Below, in pieces: positions 18,611 through 29,684 of a DNA stretch of 64,000 nucleotides. The notes beneath the pieces are model-generated. The model searched no databases. It had not been told where the DNA came from and saw only the letters and a list, made by a program, of their open reading frames with translations. Position numbers and translations under genes: made by a program. The stretch's first letter is position 1. Every line of letters begins with the position of its first letter. Origin of the DNA: a virus; the IMG/VR virus record IMGVR_UViG_3300032241_002679, positions 32,001 through 96,000 of that record; one strand, written 5' to 3'.

Positions 18611-19422
18611 AAAATCAATTAATTATATTTTCAAAAAATAGGGCTTGTCAGTTAAACTTATTGTTAGATTCGTTAAAGATAAATTCAGGAGATTTATTTG
18701 ATAATATAGCTGTTCTTTACACTTTTAATGAGGAATACAGAAGTGGATATGAAAAATTAAAATTAATACAACCAGCAATAAATTTTAAATTAGAACGTAA
18801 TTTTAGAAATAATTTATTATCATTAATAAATGATAATTATGAGGCCACTACATTCATGGTCGATGACGCAATTCTATTCAGACCAATTATAGAAAAAAAA
18901 ATAGATATTATAAAATCAGTAATTGAAGATTCTGTTATATTTTCTTTAAGATTAGGTCAAAATTGTGTTTATTCTCACCCCGCAAATTTACATTATACTT
19001 TAAATGATCATGAAATCGATAATAAGTATATAATTTTTGATTATACCAAACAACAAATTGGGGATTTTAAATATCCGTTATCAACCGATGGTCATATTTT
19101 TAATACTCAATTAATTAAAAATTTGCTAGTTGAAATTGATTTTATTAATCCAAATACACTAGAACATAGTTTACAAAAATTTGTTAATTCAAATTTTATA
19201 CCCAAGATAATTAAATGTTTTATTGACTCAAAATTAGTCAGCGTTCCTGTCAATTTGGTTAATAATGTATTTAAAAATAGACATGGGCTAGAATTCGGTA
19301 TTTCTGAAAATGAATTAAATAATAAATTTTTATCAAATGAAATTATCGATATAAATTTATTGGATTTTTCAAACATAAATGGTCCGCATAAAGAAATAAA
19401 ATATGTCTTTAAGAAAAGTTAA
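18607..19422 (+). CDS. Putative glycosyltransferase (GT-A-like)
   Basis: IIFSKNRACQL, FMVDD, YPLSTDGHIF, NPNTLE; cluster context. Confidence 0.6.
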   Translation: MKNQLIIFSKNRACQLNLLLDSLKINSGDLFDNIAVLYTFNEEYRSGYEKLKLIQPAINFKLERNFRNNLLSLINDNYEATTFMVDDAILFRPIIEKKIDIIKSVIEDSVIFSLRLGQNCVYSHPANLHYTLNDHEIDNKYIIFDYTKQQIGDFKYPLSTDGHIFNTQLIKNLLVEIDFINPNTLEHSLQKFVNSNFIPKIIKCFIDSKLVSVPVNLVNNVFKNRHGLEFGISENELNNKFLSNEIIDINLLDFSNINGPHKEIKYVFKKS

Positions 19423-20230
19423 AATTATCGATACTAATTTTGCTCACGCAAAATATAGTACTGATTATCAAGAATCAAAATATATTGAATGGGTGCGAAA
19501 CATACCACCCAATAATGATGAAATAATATTCTTTACTGATAATTCAATGTATAATGTTGATAAAATAAAAAATTGCAAGAAAATAGGTATGTTAATGGAA
19601 CCTAAGGCGATAAATTTTAATATATATGACTGGATCAGTAAAAATCACAATAAATTCGATTTAATTTTAACATATGATAAAGCATTGATTAATAATTTTG
19701 ATAATATTGAATTTTATCCGCACTGTGGTTGTTGGATTAAAGAAAAAGATCATAAAATTTACGATAAATCAAAGTTATTATCTATTGTTGCTTCAAATAA
19801 ATCTCAGACAAATGGTCATAAATTAAGGCATATAGCTATTTCAGAATTGAAAGAAAAAAAATTTGATTTAGATGTCTTTGGTAGAGGGTATAATTCTATT
19901 GATTATAAATTAACTTCATTAAAAGATTATGCCTTTTCATTAATAATTGAAAATAGTCGCTCTGATTATTATTTTACTGAAAAATTAATAGATTCATTTG
20001 TCACTGGAACTGTACCAATTTACTGGGGGTGTCCTTCTATTGGTAATTTTTTTAACTTAGACGGTATGATAATTTTTGAAGATATTAAAGATTTACTTTG
20101 TAAAATAAATTTATTATCTTTTGATAAATATAATAAAATGTTACCAGCTATTAAAGAAAATTTTATTAAGACAAAAGAATTTTTAATAGCTGAAGATTGG
20201 ATTTACAAAAACACTAATATATTCAAATAA
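19403..20230 (+). CDS. Glycosyltransferase family 10 (fucosyltransferase-like)
   Basis: YAFSLIIENSRSDYYFTEKLIDSFVTGTVPIYWG. Confidence 0.85.
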   Translation: MSLRKVKIIDTNFAHAKYSTDYQESKYIEWVRNIPPNNDEIIFFTDNSMYNVDKIKNCKKIGMLMEPKAINFNIYDWISKNHNKFDLILTYDKALINNFDNIEFYPHCGCWIKEKDHKIYDKSKLLSIVASNKSQTNGHKLRHIAISELKEKKFDLDVFGRGYNSIDYKLTSLKDYAFSLIIENSRSDYYFTEKLIDSFVTGTVPIYWGCPSIGNFFNLDGMIIFEDIKDLLCKINLLSFDKYNKMLPAIKENFIKTKEFLIAEDWIYKNTNIFK

Positions 20231-20231
20231 T

Positions 20232-20918
20232 ATGAATTTTACATTTGGAATAATTACTGGTGGTAATAATGAAATAAATATTAATCAAATTATTGATTCA
20301 ATTGAAAATCAAAATATACCAAATTATGAGATTATAATAGTCGGTGATTGTAATTTAAATAGAAAAAAAACACACATTGTAAAATTTAATGAAAGATCAA
20401 AACCAATGTGGATTACCAAGAAAAAAAATATAATTACAAATACTGCGAATTATGATAATATAGTCTATTTACATGATTATGTAAAATTCAATGATAAATG
20501 GTATGAGGGTCAAATCAAAAGCGGTTCAGACTTTAAAGTAAGAATGGATAAAATAATTGATTTTTATGGTAACCGCTTTAGGGATTGGTGTATTTGGCCG
20601 CATAATAATAATTTCATGGATTCAATAATAGAAAGAGATTGTTTAATACCATATAACATGATTCATTTATCTAAATATATGTACATATCTGGCACATATT
20701 GGATTGCCAAAAAAGAAGTTATGTTAGAATTTCCATTGGATGAAAATTTATCTTGGGGTCAGGGAGAAGATGTTTTATGGTCAAAACAAGTAAGAAATAA
20801 ATATGAATTTAATATGAATTCATACTCAACCGTACAACTTATTAAATTAAACAAAGATAAAGTTTTTAACGAGCCTAATGAAGAAAAAATAAAAATATTA
20901 AATAATATAAAAAATTAA
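20232..20918 (+). CDS. GT-A/GT2-like glycosyltransferase
   Basis: IDSIENQNIPNYEIIIVG, KKNII, VYLHDY, WGQGEDVLWS. Confidence 0.7.
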   Translation: MNFTFGIITGGNNEININQIIDSIENQNIPNYEIIIVGDCNLNRKKTHIVKFNERSKPMWITKKKNIITNTANYDNIVYLHDYVKFNDKWYEGQIKSGSDFKVRMDKIIDFYGNRFRDWCIWPHNNNFMDSIIERDCLIPYNMIHLSKYMYISGTYWIAKKEVMLEFPLDENLSWGQGEDVLWSKQVRNKYEFNMNSYSTVQLIKLNKDKVFNEPNEEKIKILNNIKN

Positions 20919-20921
20919 AGA

Positions 20922-21557
20922 ATGCATATATTAAACAAATGTTTTGATAAAATTTATGTTATAACAATAGAGGGTTCTTTCAGAATAGAAAGAATGAAAG
21001 AACGTTTAAATGGTATTGATTATGAATTTTTTTATGGTGTAAATGGTGCTACGTTGGATAAAACCCCATATATTCAAATGGGCTCCAAACAGACAAGGGG
21101 TCAATTAGGTTGTACACTTAGTCATTACAATTTATATAAAAAAATAGTTAATGAAAATCTATATGATAAAGTGTTGATATTAGAAGACGATTCAATTTTT
21201 ACTGATAATTTAAATGAATTAGAAAAATATATGAAACAATTACCCCAAGACTGGGGAATGTTTTACTTAGGTTGGGATGGCGGAGGTAATATTAAGCCTA
21301 ACTTTTCTCCTAATTTGTGTGAAATATCCAATAATAATTTATTTGTTCTTCATTGTACTCATGCCATATCAATAAGACCATGGTTTGCCCAGAAAATGCT
21401 TGAATTAAATAAAAATGCTTTATATACTGCTGATGGTTCATTTACGGAAATAGTTAAACAATTTGGGGTTAAAACATATGCTGCTATTCCTAAAATAATA
21501 AATCCAGATAACATGGAATCTATAACATGTAACATAGACAGAGATTATGGGTTCTGA
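20922..21557 (+). CDS. Glycosyltransferase family 25
   Basis: FFYGVNG, QLGCTLSH, LILEDD, DWGMFYLG. Confidence 0.85.
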   Translation: MHILNKCFDKIYVITIEGSFRIERMKERLNGIDYEFFYGVNGATLDKTPYIQMGSKQTRGQLGCTLSHYNLYKKIVNENLYDKVLILEDDSIFTDNLNELEKYMKQLPQDWGMFYLGWDGGGNIKPNFSPNLCEISNNNLFVLHCTHAISIRPWFAQKMLELNKNALYTADGSFTEIVKQFGVKTYAAIPKIINPDNMESITCNIDRDYGF

Positions 21558-22866
21558 TAAATTGATTAAACGAATAATAGATCTTTCTTATACATCAAAA
21601 GAAGGTCATATACCAAGTTCTCTTTCAGTCTTGGACATATTGTATGTTCTATATGGTAAAATATTAAAAAATGAAGACAGATTCATTTTGAGCAAAGGAC
21701 ATGCATCTCTTGGATTGTATGTTATATTAGAGCATTTCAATTTATTAGAATATAATCTTGATGATTTTTGCAAATATAATAGTAGTATAGGCGGTCACCC
21801 AAGTAATAAATTAAAACATATTGAAGCCTCAACTGGTTCTCTAGGTCATGGATTACCAATCGCTGTTGGTATTGCTATGGGTGAAAAAATACAAAAAACT
21901 AATAATAAAGTTTTTGTAGTTATAGGAGATGGTGAATCAAATGAAGGAACAATTTGGGAATCAGCTTTATTAGCCTCTAATCATAATCTAAATAATCTTT
22001 ATTGTATTATGGATTATAACCATTCAAATGATAGAGCGTTAAAATTGGATAGTGTAATAAATAAATTTAATGCGTTTAATTGGCATACGATAGAAATTGA
22101 TGGGCATAATGAAAATGAAATAATAAAAGCTTTAGAAACAAATTCAGATAAACCAATTTTTATTTTGGCTAACACCGTAAAGGGTAAGGGAATATCAATA
22201 ATTGAAAATAATCCAGAATGGCATCATAAAATCCCAAATGATGAAGAATATAAAAAACTTATTAATACAATTTATTTAGATAAAATAAATTTACTAATAC
22301 AATCATCTAATAATCTTGGTCAGACATTTCAAGAAGTTTTTAATTTGGTAAATTATGTAATTGAAACAAGAAATATAATTGGTGATATTGCTGAAGTAGG
22401 TGTTTATTCTGGGGACAGTGCTAAAATATTAGAATATTTTAAAGATGAAAATAAGAAATTATACCTATTTGATACATTTGAAGGATTAAAAGATTGCGGG
22501 GAAAAGGATGGTGATTATTTAAAAAACGGTTTTTTATTTTATGATTATAATAGTACAATAGAAAGATTTAAAAATAATGATAGTGTTATAATATCTAAGG
22601 GTTATTTTCCAGAAGAAACTGGAAATATATTAAATGATAAAAAATTTTCTTTTGTTCATTTAGATGTTGATACGTATCAATCAACTTTTAATTGTCTTAA
22701 TTATTTTTATGATAAAATGAGTAGTCATGGTATTTTTATTATACATGATTATACAGGAAATAATCAAACTGAAGGTGTTTCATTGGCTGTTGATGAATTT
22801 TTTAAAAATAAATTAGAAAAACCTAATATTATTGGAACGTCACAATGTATAATAATAAAACAATGA
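21547..22866 (+). CDS. Transketolase N-terminal (ThDP-binding) subunit fused to a TylF/MycF-like O-methyltransferase
   Basis: GHIPSSLS, DRFILSKGH, TGSLGHGL, GDGESNEG, then GDIAEVGVYSG, LFDTFEG, KGYFPE, FVHLDVDTY, IHDY. Confidence 0.85.
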   Translation: MGSDKLIKRIIDLSYTSKEGHIPSSLSVLDILYVLYGKILKNEDRFILSKGHASLGLYVILEHFNLLEYNLDDFCKYNSSIGGHPSNKLKHIEASTGSLGHGLPIAVGIAMGEKIQKTNNKVFVVIGDGESNEGTIWESALLASNHNLNNLYCIMDYNHSNDRALKLDSVINKFNAFNWHTIEIDGHNENEIIKALETNSDKPIFILANTVKGKGISIIENNPEWHHKIPNDEEYKKLINTIYLDKINLLIQSSNNLGQTFQEVFNLVNYVIETRNIIGDIAEVGVYSGDSAKILEYFKDENKKLYLFDTFEGLKDCGEKDGDYLKNGFLFYDYNSTIERFKNNDSVIISKGYFPEETGNILNDKKFSFVHLDVDTYQSTFNCLNYFYDKMSSHGIFIIHDYTGNNQTEGVSLAVDEFFKNKLEKPNIIGTSQCIIIKQ

Positions 22867-23744
22867 GAAAACAATTAATAAATTCTGTTGAAAAAGTATT
22901 GTTTAATAATGATAAAACAATTTTATTATTAGGGGACATTGGTGTATTTGGTTTTAGAAATGCGTTTCAAAATTATTCAGACAGAGTTTATAATATAGGT
23001 ATACTAGAGCAAAGTACAATTAGTTTAGCCTCTGGCATGGCCATTACGGGTCTTATACCAATAGTTCATACTATTGCACCATTTATAGTAGAAAGAGCTT
23101 TAGAACAACTTAAAATAGATTTTGGATATCAAGAATTAGGTGGAAATTTTATTACTGTTGGCGCATCATATGATTATGCTGCTTTAGGGCCAACACATCA
23201 TTGCCCAGCAGATGTTTCATTATTACTAACAATTCCAAATATGGAAATTATTGTGCCTGGGACTAGTAATGAATTTGATCAATTATTTAATATTGGTTAT
23301 AATAATAATACACCGACATATTATAGGCTTAGTGAATTCGAAAATAATGTTTCAAATAACGTAACTTATGGGAAAGGAAATATTATTAAAATTGGTTTTA
23401 ATGGGGTTATTGTATGTATTGGTAATATGTTATCCAATGTCATTGAAGCGACAAGAAATTTAGACATTACGATCTTATATTATACCAGTATTAATCCCTT
23501 TGATAGTGATTTATTATTAAATAATTATTTATACGATAAACCCATAATAGTAATAGAACCATTTTATGAGGGAAGTATAAATTATAAAATAACTAAAACA
23601 TTAGAAGGCAAAAATTACAAATTATTTAATATTGGTGTTCCACATAAATTCTTAAAAAACTATGGCACTAAATTAGAACACGATGAGCATTTAGGGTTAG
23701 ATATAAAAGGACTTAAAAATAAAATAGAACAATGTCTTATATAA
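22863..23744 (+). CDS. Transketolase C-terminal subunit
   Basis: NIGILEQ, FIVERALEQLKID, GPTHH; ATG 22863. Confidence 0.9.
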   Translation: MRKQLINSVEKVLFNNDKTILLLGDIGVFGFRNAFQNYSDRVYNIGILEQSTISLASGMAITGLIPIVHTIAPFIVERALEQLKIDFGYQELGGNFITVGASYDYAALGPTHHCPADVSLLLTIPNMEIIVPGTSNEFDQLFNIGYNNNTPTYYRLSEFENNVSNNVTYGKGNIIKIGFNGVIVCIGNMLSNVIEATRNLDITILYYTSINPFDSDLLLNNYLYDKPIIVIEPFYEGSINYKITKTLEGKNYKLFNIGVPHKFLKNYGTKLEHDEHLGLDIKGLKNKIEQCLI

Positions 23745-24751
23745 TTGAGGAGGAAGCAAAAAATATAGTCTCTAATATAAATTTTGAATTACTTAGAGAT
23801 AAAAAAATACTTATAACTGGTGCTTCTGGTTTAATAGGTATTTTTCTTATAGCTTCTTTAAAGGAAATTAAAGAAAAATATAATATTAGCATTTATGCTT
23901 GGATAAATAACTCATTAGATGATAATATTTCAAGAATATTTAGTGGATGTAATATATTACAAGGGGATATTACTAATATAAATACATTTCAAGATATGAA
24001 TATGTTTGATTGTATTATACATGCCGCTGGTTATGGGCAACCAACTAAATTTATGGATGATAAAATTAAAACAATACATTTAAATACTACAACTATCATC
24101 AACTTATTTAAGTATCTTAATCCTAATGGTAAATTTTTATTTGTTAGTACTAGTGAATTATATAGTGGTTTAGATTATGAAAATATTACTGAAGAACAAA
24201 TAGGTATAACAAATACAAATCATCCACGCTCATGCTATATTGAAGGTAAACGATGTGGAGAAGCTATATGTTATTCATATATCGATAAAGGATTTGATAT
24301 TAAAATTATTAGACTTAGCTTAGCTTATGGGCCTGGTACAAAAAAAAATGATGGTAGGGTATTAAATTCATTAATCCAAAAAGGATTGACTGAAAATTCT
24401 ATTAGACTAATGGATTCTGGTGATGCTATTAGAACTTATGGTTATATAACTGATATTATCGAAATGTTTTGGAATATTTTATTATTTGGAAAAGAAATAT
24501 TGTATAATGTTGGTGGTAAGTCGATAACAACAATATTAGAATTAGCCAGATTAATTGGTTTTGAACTTAATAAAAAAGTTATTATACCAAATGTATCACA
24601 AGAAATTTTAGGTAACCCTAAGTTTGTTAATATTAGTTTAAATAGATATTTAAGTGAATTTAAAAAAGAAAATTTTATTTCATTAAAAGATGGGATAGAA
24701 AAAACAATAAAATGGCAAAAAAAAATATACAATGGAACAAACAATACATAA
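23732..24751 (+). CDS. NAD-dependent nucleotide-sugar epimerase/dehydratase
   Basis: ILITGASGLIG, STSELY, YIEGKR. Confidence 0.9.
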   Translation: MSYIIEEEAKNIVSNINFELLRDKKILITGASGLIGIFLIASLKEIKEKYNISIYAWINNSLDDNISRIFSGCNILQGDITNINTFQDMNMFDCIIHAAGYGQPTKFMDDKIKTIHLNTTTIINLFKYLNPNGKFLFVSTSELYSGLDYENITEEQIGITNTNHPRSCYIEGKRCGEAICYSYIDKGFDIKIIRLSLAYGPGTKKNDGRVLNSLIQKGLTENSIRLMDSGDAIRTYGYITDIIEMFWNILLFGKEILYNVGGKSITTILELARLIGFELNKKVIIPNVSQEILGNPKFVNISLNRYLSEFKKENFISLKDGIEKTIKWQKKIYNGTNNT

Positions 24752-25552
24752 AATTACACCAAAAGATTTGGAAAAAATTTTAGGGTTTAATATTAATGAA
24801 ACATTAAAAAATAAAATTGAAAAATTTGATTTAAAATATAGGCCATTAACTTATGAGGAAAGAAATGATTATATATTAAATGTAATAAACGTATTAACGA
24901 ATGACATTATTAAATCTGGTGAACATAGAATATCTGAATGGGAAAATGCTTTATGCCATTAGTTGATAATTTTGATTATAAAATACATATTTGTTTAGTA
25001 GATGCCGTACTCCAACATTATTTACAAAATGTGGAGAATATATTTGAATTTGGGTGTGGGCCAGCTTATCATTTAATAAGATTAAATGAATTCAATAAAA
25101 ATGTCAAATTAAATGGTTGTGATTGGACAATTAGTTCGCAAAATATAATCAACGAAATCAATTCTTTATTAGATTTAAATATTAATGGGATTAATTTTAA
25201 TTTTTTTAAACCAGATTATAATATTGACATACCAAAAAATAGTGGTATATATACAATTGCAGCGTTAGAACAAATTGGGGAAAACTTTAAAGAATTTGTT
25301 GATTTTTTATTATTTAAAAATCCAGAGATCTGTATTCATATGGAACCAATCGATGAATTATTAGATAATAATTTAATAGATACTTTATCAAAAAAATATT
25401 TTAGAAAAAGGAATTATTTAAAGGGATTTTTACCATATTTAGAAAAATTAGAAACAGAAAATAAAATAGAAATAATAACAAAACAAAGAACTTATTCTGG
25501 AAGTTATTTTATAGAAGGCCATTCTTTGATTGTTTGGAAAATTAAAAAATAA
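24732..25552 (+). pseudogene. Class I SAM methyltransferase-like gene split into two out-of-frame pieces (24732-24962, 24938-25552)
   Basis: IFEFGCGPAYHL motif in the second piece; the pieces overlap at atgggaaaatg in different frames. Confidence 0.55.
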
Positions 25553-25555
25553 ACT

Positions 25556-26473
25556 ATGAATATATTAGTTACAGGAGGTGCTGGTTATAAAGGGGTTTTA
25601 TTGACAGAAGAATTATTAAAATTAGGGCATAAAGTTACTGTATTAGATAATTTTATGTATGGATATGATACTTTATTACATTTAATTTCGGATAAAAATT
25701 TAAGTATTAATAAAGTAGATATTAGAAATTTAAATAAGAAGGATGTTAAAAATTTTGAAATAATTTATCATTTAGCGGGGATTAGTGGAATGCCAGCTTG
25801 TGCTACAAATCCACATTCAGCTGAAAGTATAAATGTTGACTCAGTCAGAAATTTAGTGAGCTTTATGTCCAAAGAACAATTATTAATTAATGCTTCTACT
25901 ACATCTATGTATGGTTATTCGGAAACTATATGTACCGAAAATTCCGTAATATCACCTGTAAGCATTTATGGTAAAACAAAGTATATTTCTGAAAATATTA
26001 TTCAAGAAAGGGAAAATAGCATTTCACTAAGATTTGCAACTGTTTTTGGGATATCACCAAAAATGAGAAATGATTTAATGGTTAATGATTTTACATATAA
26101 AGCAATAACAGATAGAAGTTTAATTTTATTTGCTGGAGATACTAAACGTACTTTTATTCATATAAAAGATGCTATTAGAGCATATATTTTTGCTATGAAT
26201 AATTCATCTATAATGAGAGGTAATGTCTATAATGTTGGTGATGAAATAATGAATTTATCTAAAAAAGATATTGCGGATAACATTGCAAAATATATCAAAT
26301 TTGAATTAGTTACTTCTAATTTACCTGATTTAGATAAACGAAATTTTGAAATATCGTTTAAAAAAATAAAAAAAATGGGATTTAAATTAGAATACGGATT
26401 AAATGATGGAATAATGGATTTAGTAAAACTATATTCATATTATGTTCAATATGCACCTTATAAAATAATATAA
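25556..26473 (+). CDS. NAD-dependent nucleotide-sugar epimerase/dehydratase
   Basis: ILVTGGAGYKG, YHLAG, YGKTK, LRFATVFG. Confidence 0.9.
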   Translation: MNILVTGGAGYKGVLLTEELLKLGHKVTVLDNFMYGYDTLLHLISDKNLSINKVDIRNLNKKDVKNFEIIYHLAGISGMPACATNPHSAESINVDSVRNLVSFMSKEQLLINASTTSMYGYSETICTENSVISPVSIYGKTKYISENIIQERENSISLRFATVFGISPKMRNDLMVNDFTYKAITDRSLILFAGDTKRTFIHIKDAIRAYIFAMNNSSIMRGNVYNVGDEIMNLSKKDIADNIAKYIKFELVTSNLPDLDKRNFEISFKKIKKMGFKLEYGLNDGIMDLVKLYSYYVQYAPYKII

Positions 26474-27402
26474 TGGATATTAGATTATACTTTCATGAAT
26501 TTTGGGGTGATTTTAATAAAAACGATAACATATGGTTATGGCTTTTAAGACAAAATCATAATGTCATTTTAGATGATATTAATCCTAATTTAGTAATTAC
26601 TATGGGAACAGGACACAAACCATTTCCTAATGCTTATACAATTTATTATTGTAATGAACCATATTTTCCTAATTTAGATGATCTTGATACCATAGCTAAT
26701 CATTTCTTGTCTAATTTTTATATTGATATACCAAATCATACAAGATTTCCGTCATACTATATGTATATTCATGAATTTATAAGAACTGGACTAATATCAG
26801 ACTTATCATTTTTTAAACAAAATAATAGAAAAATACCAATAAAAACACATTTTTGTTGTTTTGTCAGTAAAAGTTTAAATGGTAAACGTGGAGATTTTTT
26901 TCATAAATTAAGTAAATATAAACAAGTAGATACTAATGTTTTACCATATGGTCATTTTAACGTCCCATATGATAATTCATCTTTTAATTCTTCTAAGCCT
27001 AAAATTGAATTTATAAAAAAATATAAATTTAATATAGCATTTGAAAATAATTACAGAGGCGGTTACCAATGCTGGCCTAATGCTATTTTAAATAACGGAT
27101 ATTTGGTTGACATGGGTGGATTAATATCGGAAAAATTAATTGAACCATTTATTAGTGGCACTATTCCAATATATTGGGGGAGTAAGATGGTATCGAATGA
27201 ATTCAATCCTAATACATTTTTAAATTATTATGATTTTGATAGTGAAGATAAATTAATTGAAAAAATAATAGAACTTGATAATGATGATAATAAGTATAAT
27301 GATTATTTTAAAGAACCCATATCTACAACCAATCAGGCTAATGTGTTAGATTTTGATTATATTATTAGTCTATTGGATAACATAATTAAAAATATAAAAT
27401 AG
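26473..27402 (+). CDS. Glycosyltransferase family 10 (alpha-1,3-fucosyltransferase-like)
   Basis: FCCFVS, KIEFIKKYKFNIAFEN, SEKLIEPFISGTIPIYWG. Confidence 0.85.
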   Translation: MDIRLYFHEFWGDFNKNDNIWLWLLRQNHNVILDDINPNLVITMGTGHKPFPNAYTIYYCNEPYFPNLDDLDTIANHFLSNFYIDIPNHTRFPSYYMYIHEFIRTGLISDLSFFKQNNRKIPIKTHFCCFVSKSLNGKRGDFFHKLSKYKQVDTNVLPYGHFNVPYDNSSFNSSKPKIEFIKKYKFNIAFENNYRGGYQCWPNAILNNGYLVDMGGLISEKLIEPFISGTIPIYWGSKMVSNEFNPNTFLNYYDFDSEDKLIEKIIELDNDDNKYNDYFKEPISTTNQANVLDFDYIISLLDNIIKNIK

Positions 27403-27403
27403 T

Positions 27404-28786
27404 ATGGAAAAAAATATAAAATTAATAATTTTTGATTTGGATGGTGTTTTAGTTGATGCTAAAGAAATACATTATGAGGCTTTAAATAAATCATTAAGTT
27501 CTATTAATAAAAATTACATTATAACAAGAGAAGAACATTTATCTATTTATGATGGACTACCTACAAAAATTAAATTAGAAAAATTAACCAGTAATAAAGG
27601 ATTACCTAAAGAATTTCATGAAATAGTTTGGCAAAGAAAACAAGAATTTACTAAAGATGTTATAAAAGAAAAATTATCGGAAAACACTAGATTAATAAAT
27701 GTTTTAAAATCTTTAAAAGAAAATGGTTATAAAATATATGTAGCATCTAATTCTATTAGAGAATCTTTAAAATTAATGCTATATAAAACTGGATTAATTG
27801 AATATGTTGATTATTATTTATCCAATGATGACGTTACTCATCCAAAACCACATCCAGAAATTTATTTAAAATGTATGATACATGCTGGTGCTAAACCAAG
27901 CGAAACATTAATTGTTGAGGATAGTTTACATGGCAGAGAAGCGGCAATAAGTTCTGGTGGGATATTATGTCCCGTGGATTCACCCGAAGATGTGACATAC
28001 GAAAAATTGAAAAAACAATTAGATGAAATAAGTGATAAAAAAAATGAAAATAAAAAATGGATATCCGATGATTTTAATGTTTTGATCCCAATGGCTGGTG
28101 CTGGTTCAAGATTTGCATTAGCTGGATATACATTTCCTAAACCATTAATAGAAGTGCGTCAAAAACCGATGATTCAAGTTGTTATTGAAAATTTGAATAT
28201 AAAGGCTAATTACATTTATATTGTTCAAAAAGAACATTATGAAAAATATAATCTTAAATTTGTTTTGAACCTCATAACCCCAAATTGTCAAATTGTACAA
28301 GTTGACGGTTTAACACAAGGTGCTGCATGTACAACACTTTTAGCAAAAGATTATATAAATAATGATAAACATTTATTAATAGCAAATTCGGATCAATATA
28401 TTGAATGGAATAGTAATAATTTTTATTATTCAATCATTAATAATAAATCAGATGGAACGGTTGTTACATTTGAATCCACACATCCTAAATGGTCATTTGT
28501 TAAATTAGATCATCAAGATTATATAAGTGAAATAGCCGAAAAAAAACCAATAAGCAATATAGCTACAGTTGGTTTATATTATTGGAATAAAGGCTCAGAG
28601 TATGTAAAATATGCTGAGAAAATGATAAAAAATGAAATAAGAGTAAATAATGAATTTTATGTTGCCCCAGTATATAATGAAGCAATCAAAGACGGATTAA
28701 AATTTAGAACCTATAATATAGAAAAAATGTGGGGACTTGGGACACCAGAAGATTTAAAAATTTATCTAGAAAATAAACATGATTAA
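27404..28786 (+). CDS. HAD phosphatase fused to a sugar nucleotidyltransferase-like domain
   Basis: IFDLDGVL, KPHPEIY, IVEDS; then LIPMAGAGSRF, PKPLI, NSDQ, VNNEFYVAPVYN, GLGTPEDL. Confidence 0.9.
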   Translation: MEKNIKLIIFDLDGVLVDAKEIHYEALNKSLSSINKNYIITREEHLSIYDGLPTKIKLEKLTSNKGLPKEFHEIVWQRKQEFTKDVIKEKLSENTRLINVLKSLKENGYKIYVASNSIRESLKLMLYKTGLIEYVDYYLSNDDVTHPKPHPEIYLKCMIHAGAKPSETLIVEDSLHGREAAISSGGILCPVDSPEDVTYEKLKKQLDEISDKKNENKKWISDDFNVLIPMAGAGSRFALAGYTFPKPLIEVRQKPMIQVVIENLNIKANYIYIVQKEHYEKYNLKFVLNLITPNCQIVQVDGLTQGAACTTLLAKDYINNDKHLLIANSDQYIEWNSNNFYYSIINNKSDGTVVTFESTHPKWSFVKLDHQDYISEIAEKKPISNIATVGLYYWNKGSEYVKYAEKMIKNEIRVNNEFYVAPVYNEAIKDGLKFRTYNIEKMWGLGTPEDLKIYLENKHD

Positions 28787-29671
28787 ATGAATTTAGTAAT
28801 ACCAACATATAATAGACATTACGAATATAATATTAATTTTTTAAAATCATTTGATAAATTTTGTTTGGATAAAAATGATGTAAAAATCAATTTTATTGTT
28901 AGTTCTAATGACTACAATAATTTTATTGGGCTAAAAAATCAATTTACAAATTTAAATATTAATTTTTTTAAATTAAATGATTTATTAATGAGTGTTGATC
29001 AAAAAAGGTTTTCGGATAATTTAAGTTTTTTTGCCCAAAAATATCCATTACAATCAATTAAAAAATTATTTGCTTATAAATGTGTTGATACTGATTATAT
29101 TGTTATTGATAGCGAAAATTTATGTCTTAAAGAATTCAAATTTTCAGATATATTTTATACATTAAAAAATAAACCAATACTCTATTGCAATAATATATAT
29201 CAAAATATTCAAAAAGATGTTAATCAATCATGTAATGATTTATTAAACTATACCAATAATAAATGGTTTTTTGTCAAAAGTTATTGGTTTTATGAACTAG
29301 AATATGTTGAAAAATTATTACAAGAATTAAAGGACTTACATAAAAACGATGTTACTTTAATATTAAAAGATAAATTATTTTTTGATTATCAATTATATTC
29401 TACTTATTTATTTAAACACAATAACAAAAAATTTCTATGTATTGATGAAATTTTAAAAAAAGATTATAATTTTCAAAAACAATTAGATGAATTAGGCGGT
29501 AATTACGAATATATGATGACAATATTAAACGAAGAAAATTATTTAAACTACACAAAAATATTAAATGATTTAGATGAAAGAATTATTCGCCTTCATTGGA
29601 TTGATGAAAATATTAAAAATAAAATAATAAATAATACCAATGTATCTATTGGTACTTTTCATTGGGATTAA
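28787..29671 (+). CDS. Putative glycosyltransferase-like protein
   Basis: LVIPTY, QSIKKL, IVIDSE (DxE); cluster context. Confidence 0.5.
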   Translation: MNLVIPTYNRHYEYNINFLKSFDKFCLDKNDVKINFIVSSNDYNNFIGLKNQFTNLNINFFKLNDLLMSVDQKRFSDNLSFFAQKYPLQSIKKLFAYKCVDTDYIVIDSENLCLKEFKFSDIFYTLKNKPILYCNNIYQNIQKDVNQSCNDLLNYTNNKWFFVKSYWFYELEYVEKLLQELKDLHKNDVTLILKDKLFFDYQLYSTYLFKHNNKKFLCIDEILKKDYNFQKQLDELGGNYEYMMTILNEENYLNYTKILNDLDERIIRLHWIDENIKNKIINNTNVSIGTFHWD

Positions 29672-29684
29672 TAAAACTTTATTT

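Noticed and set aside
24938-24948. Programmed -1 frameshift at GGGAAAA
   Set aside because: The heptamer is phased as G GGA AAA in the downstream frame, not the upstream frame as -1 slippage requires.
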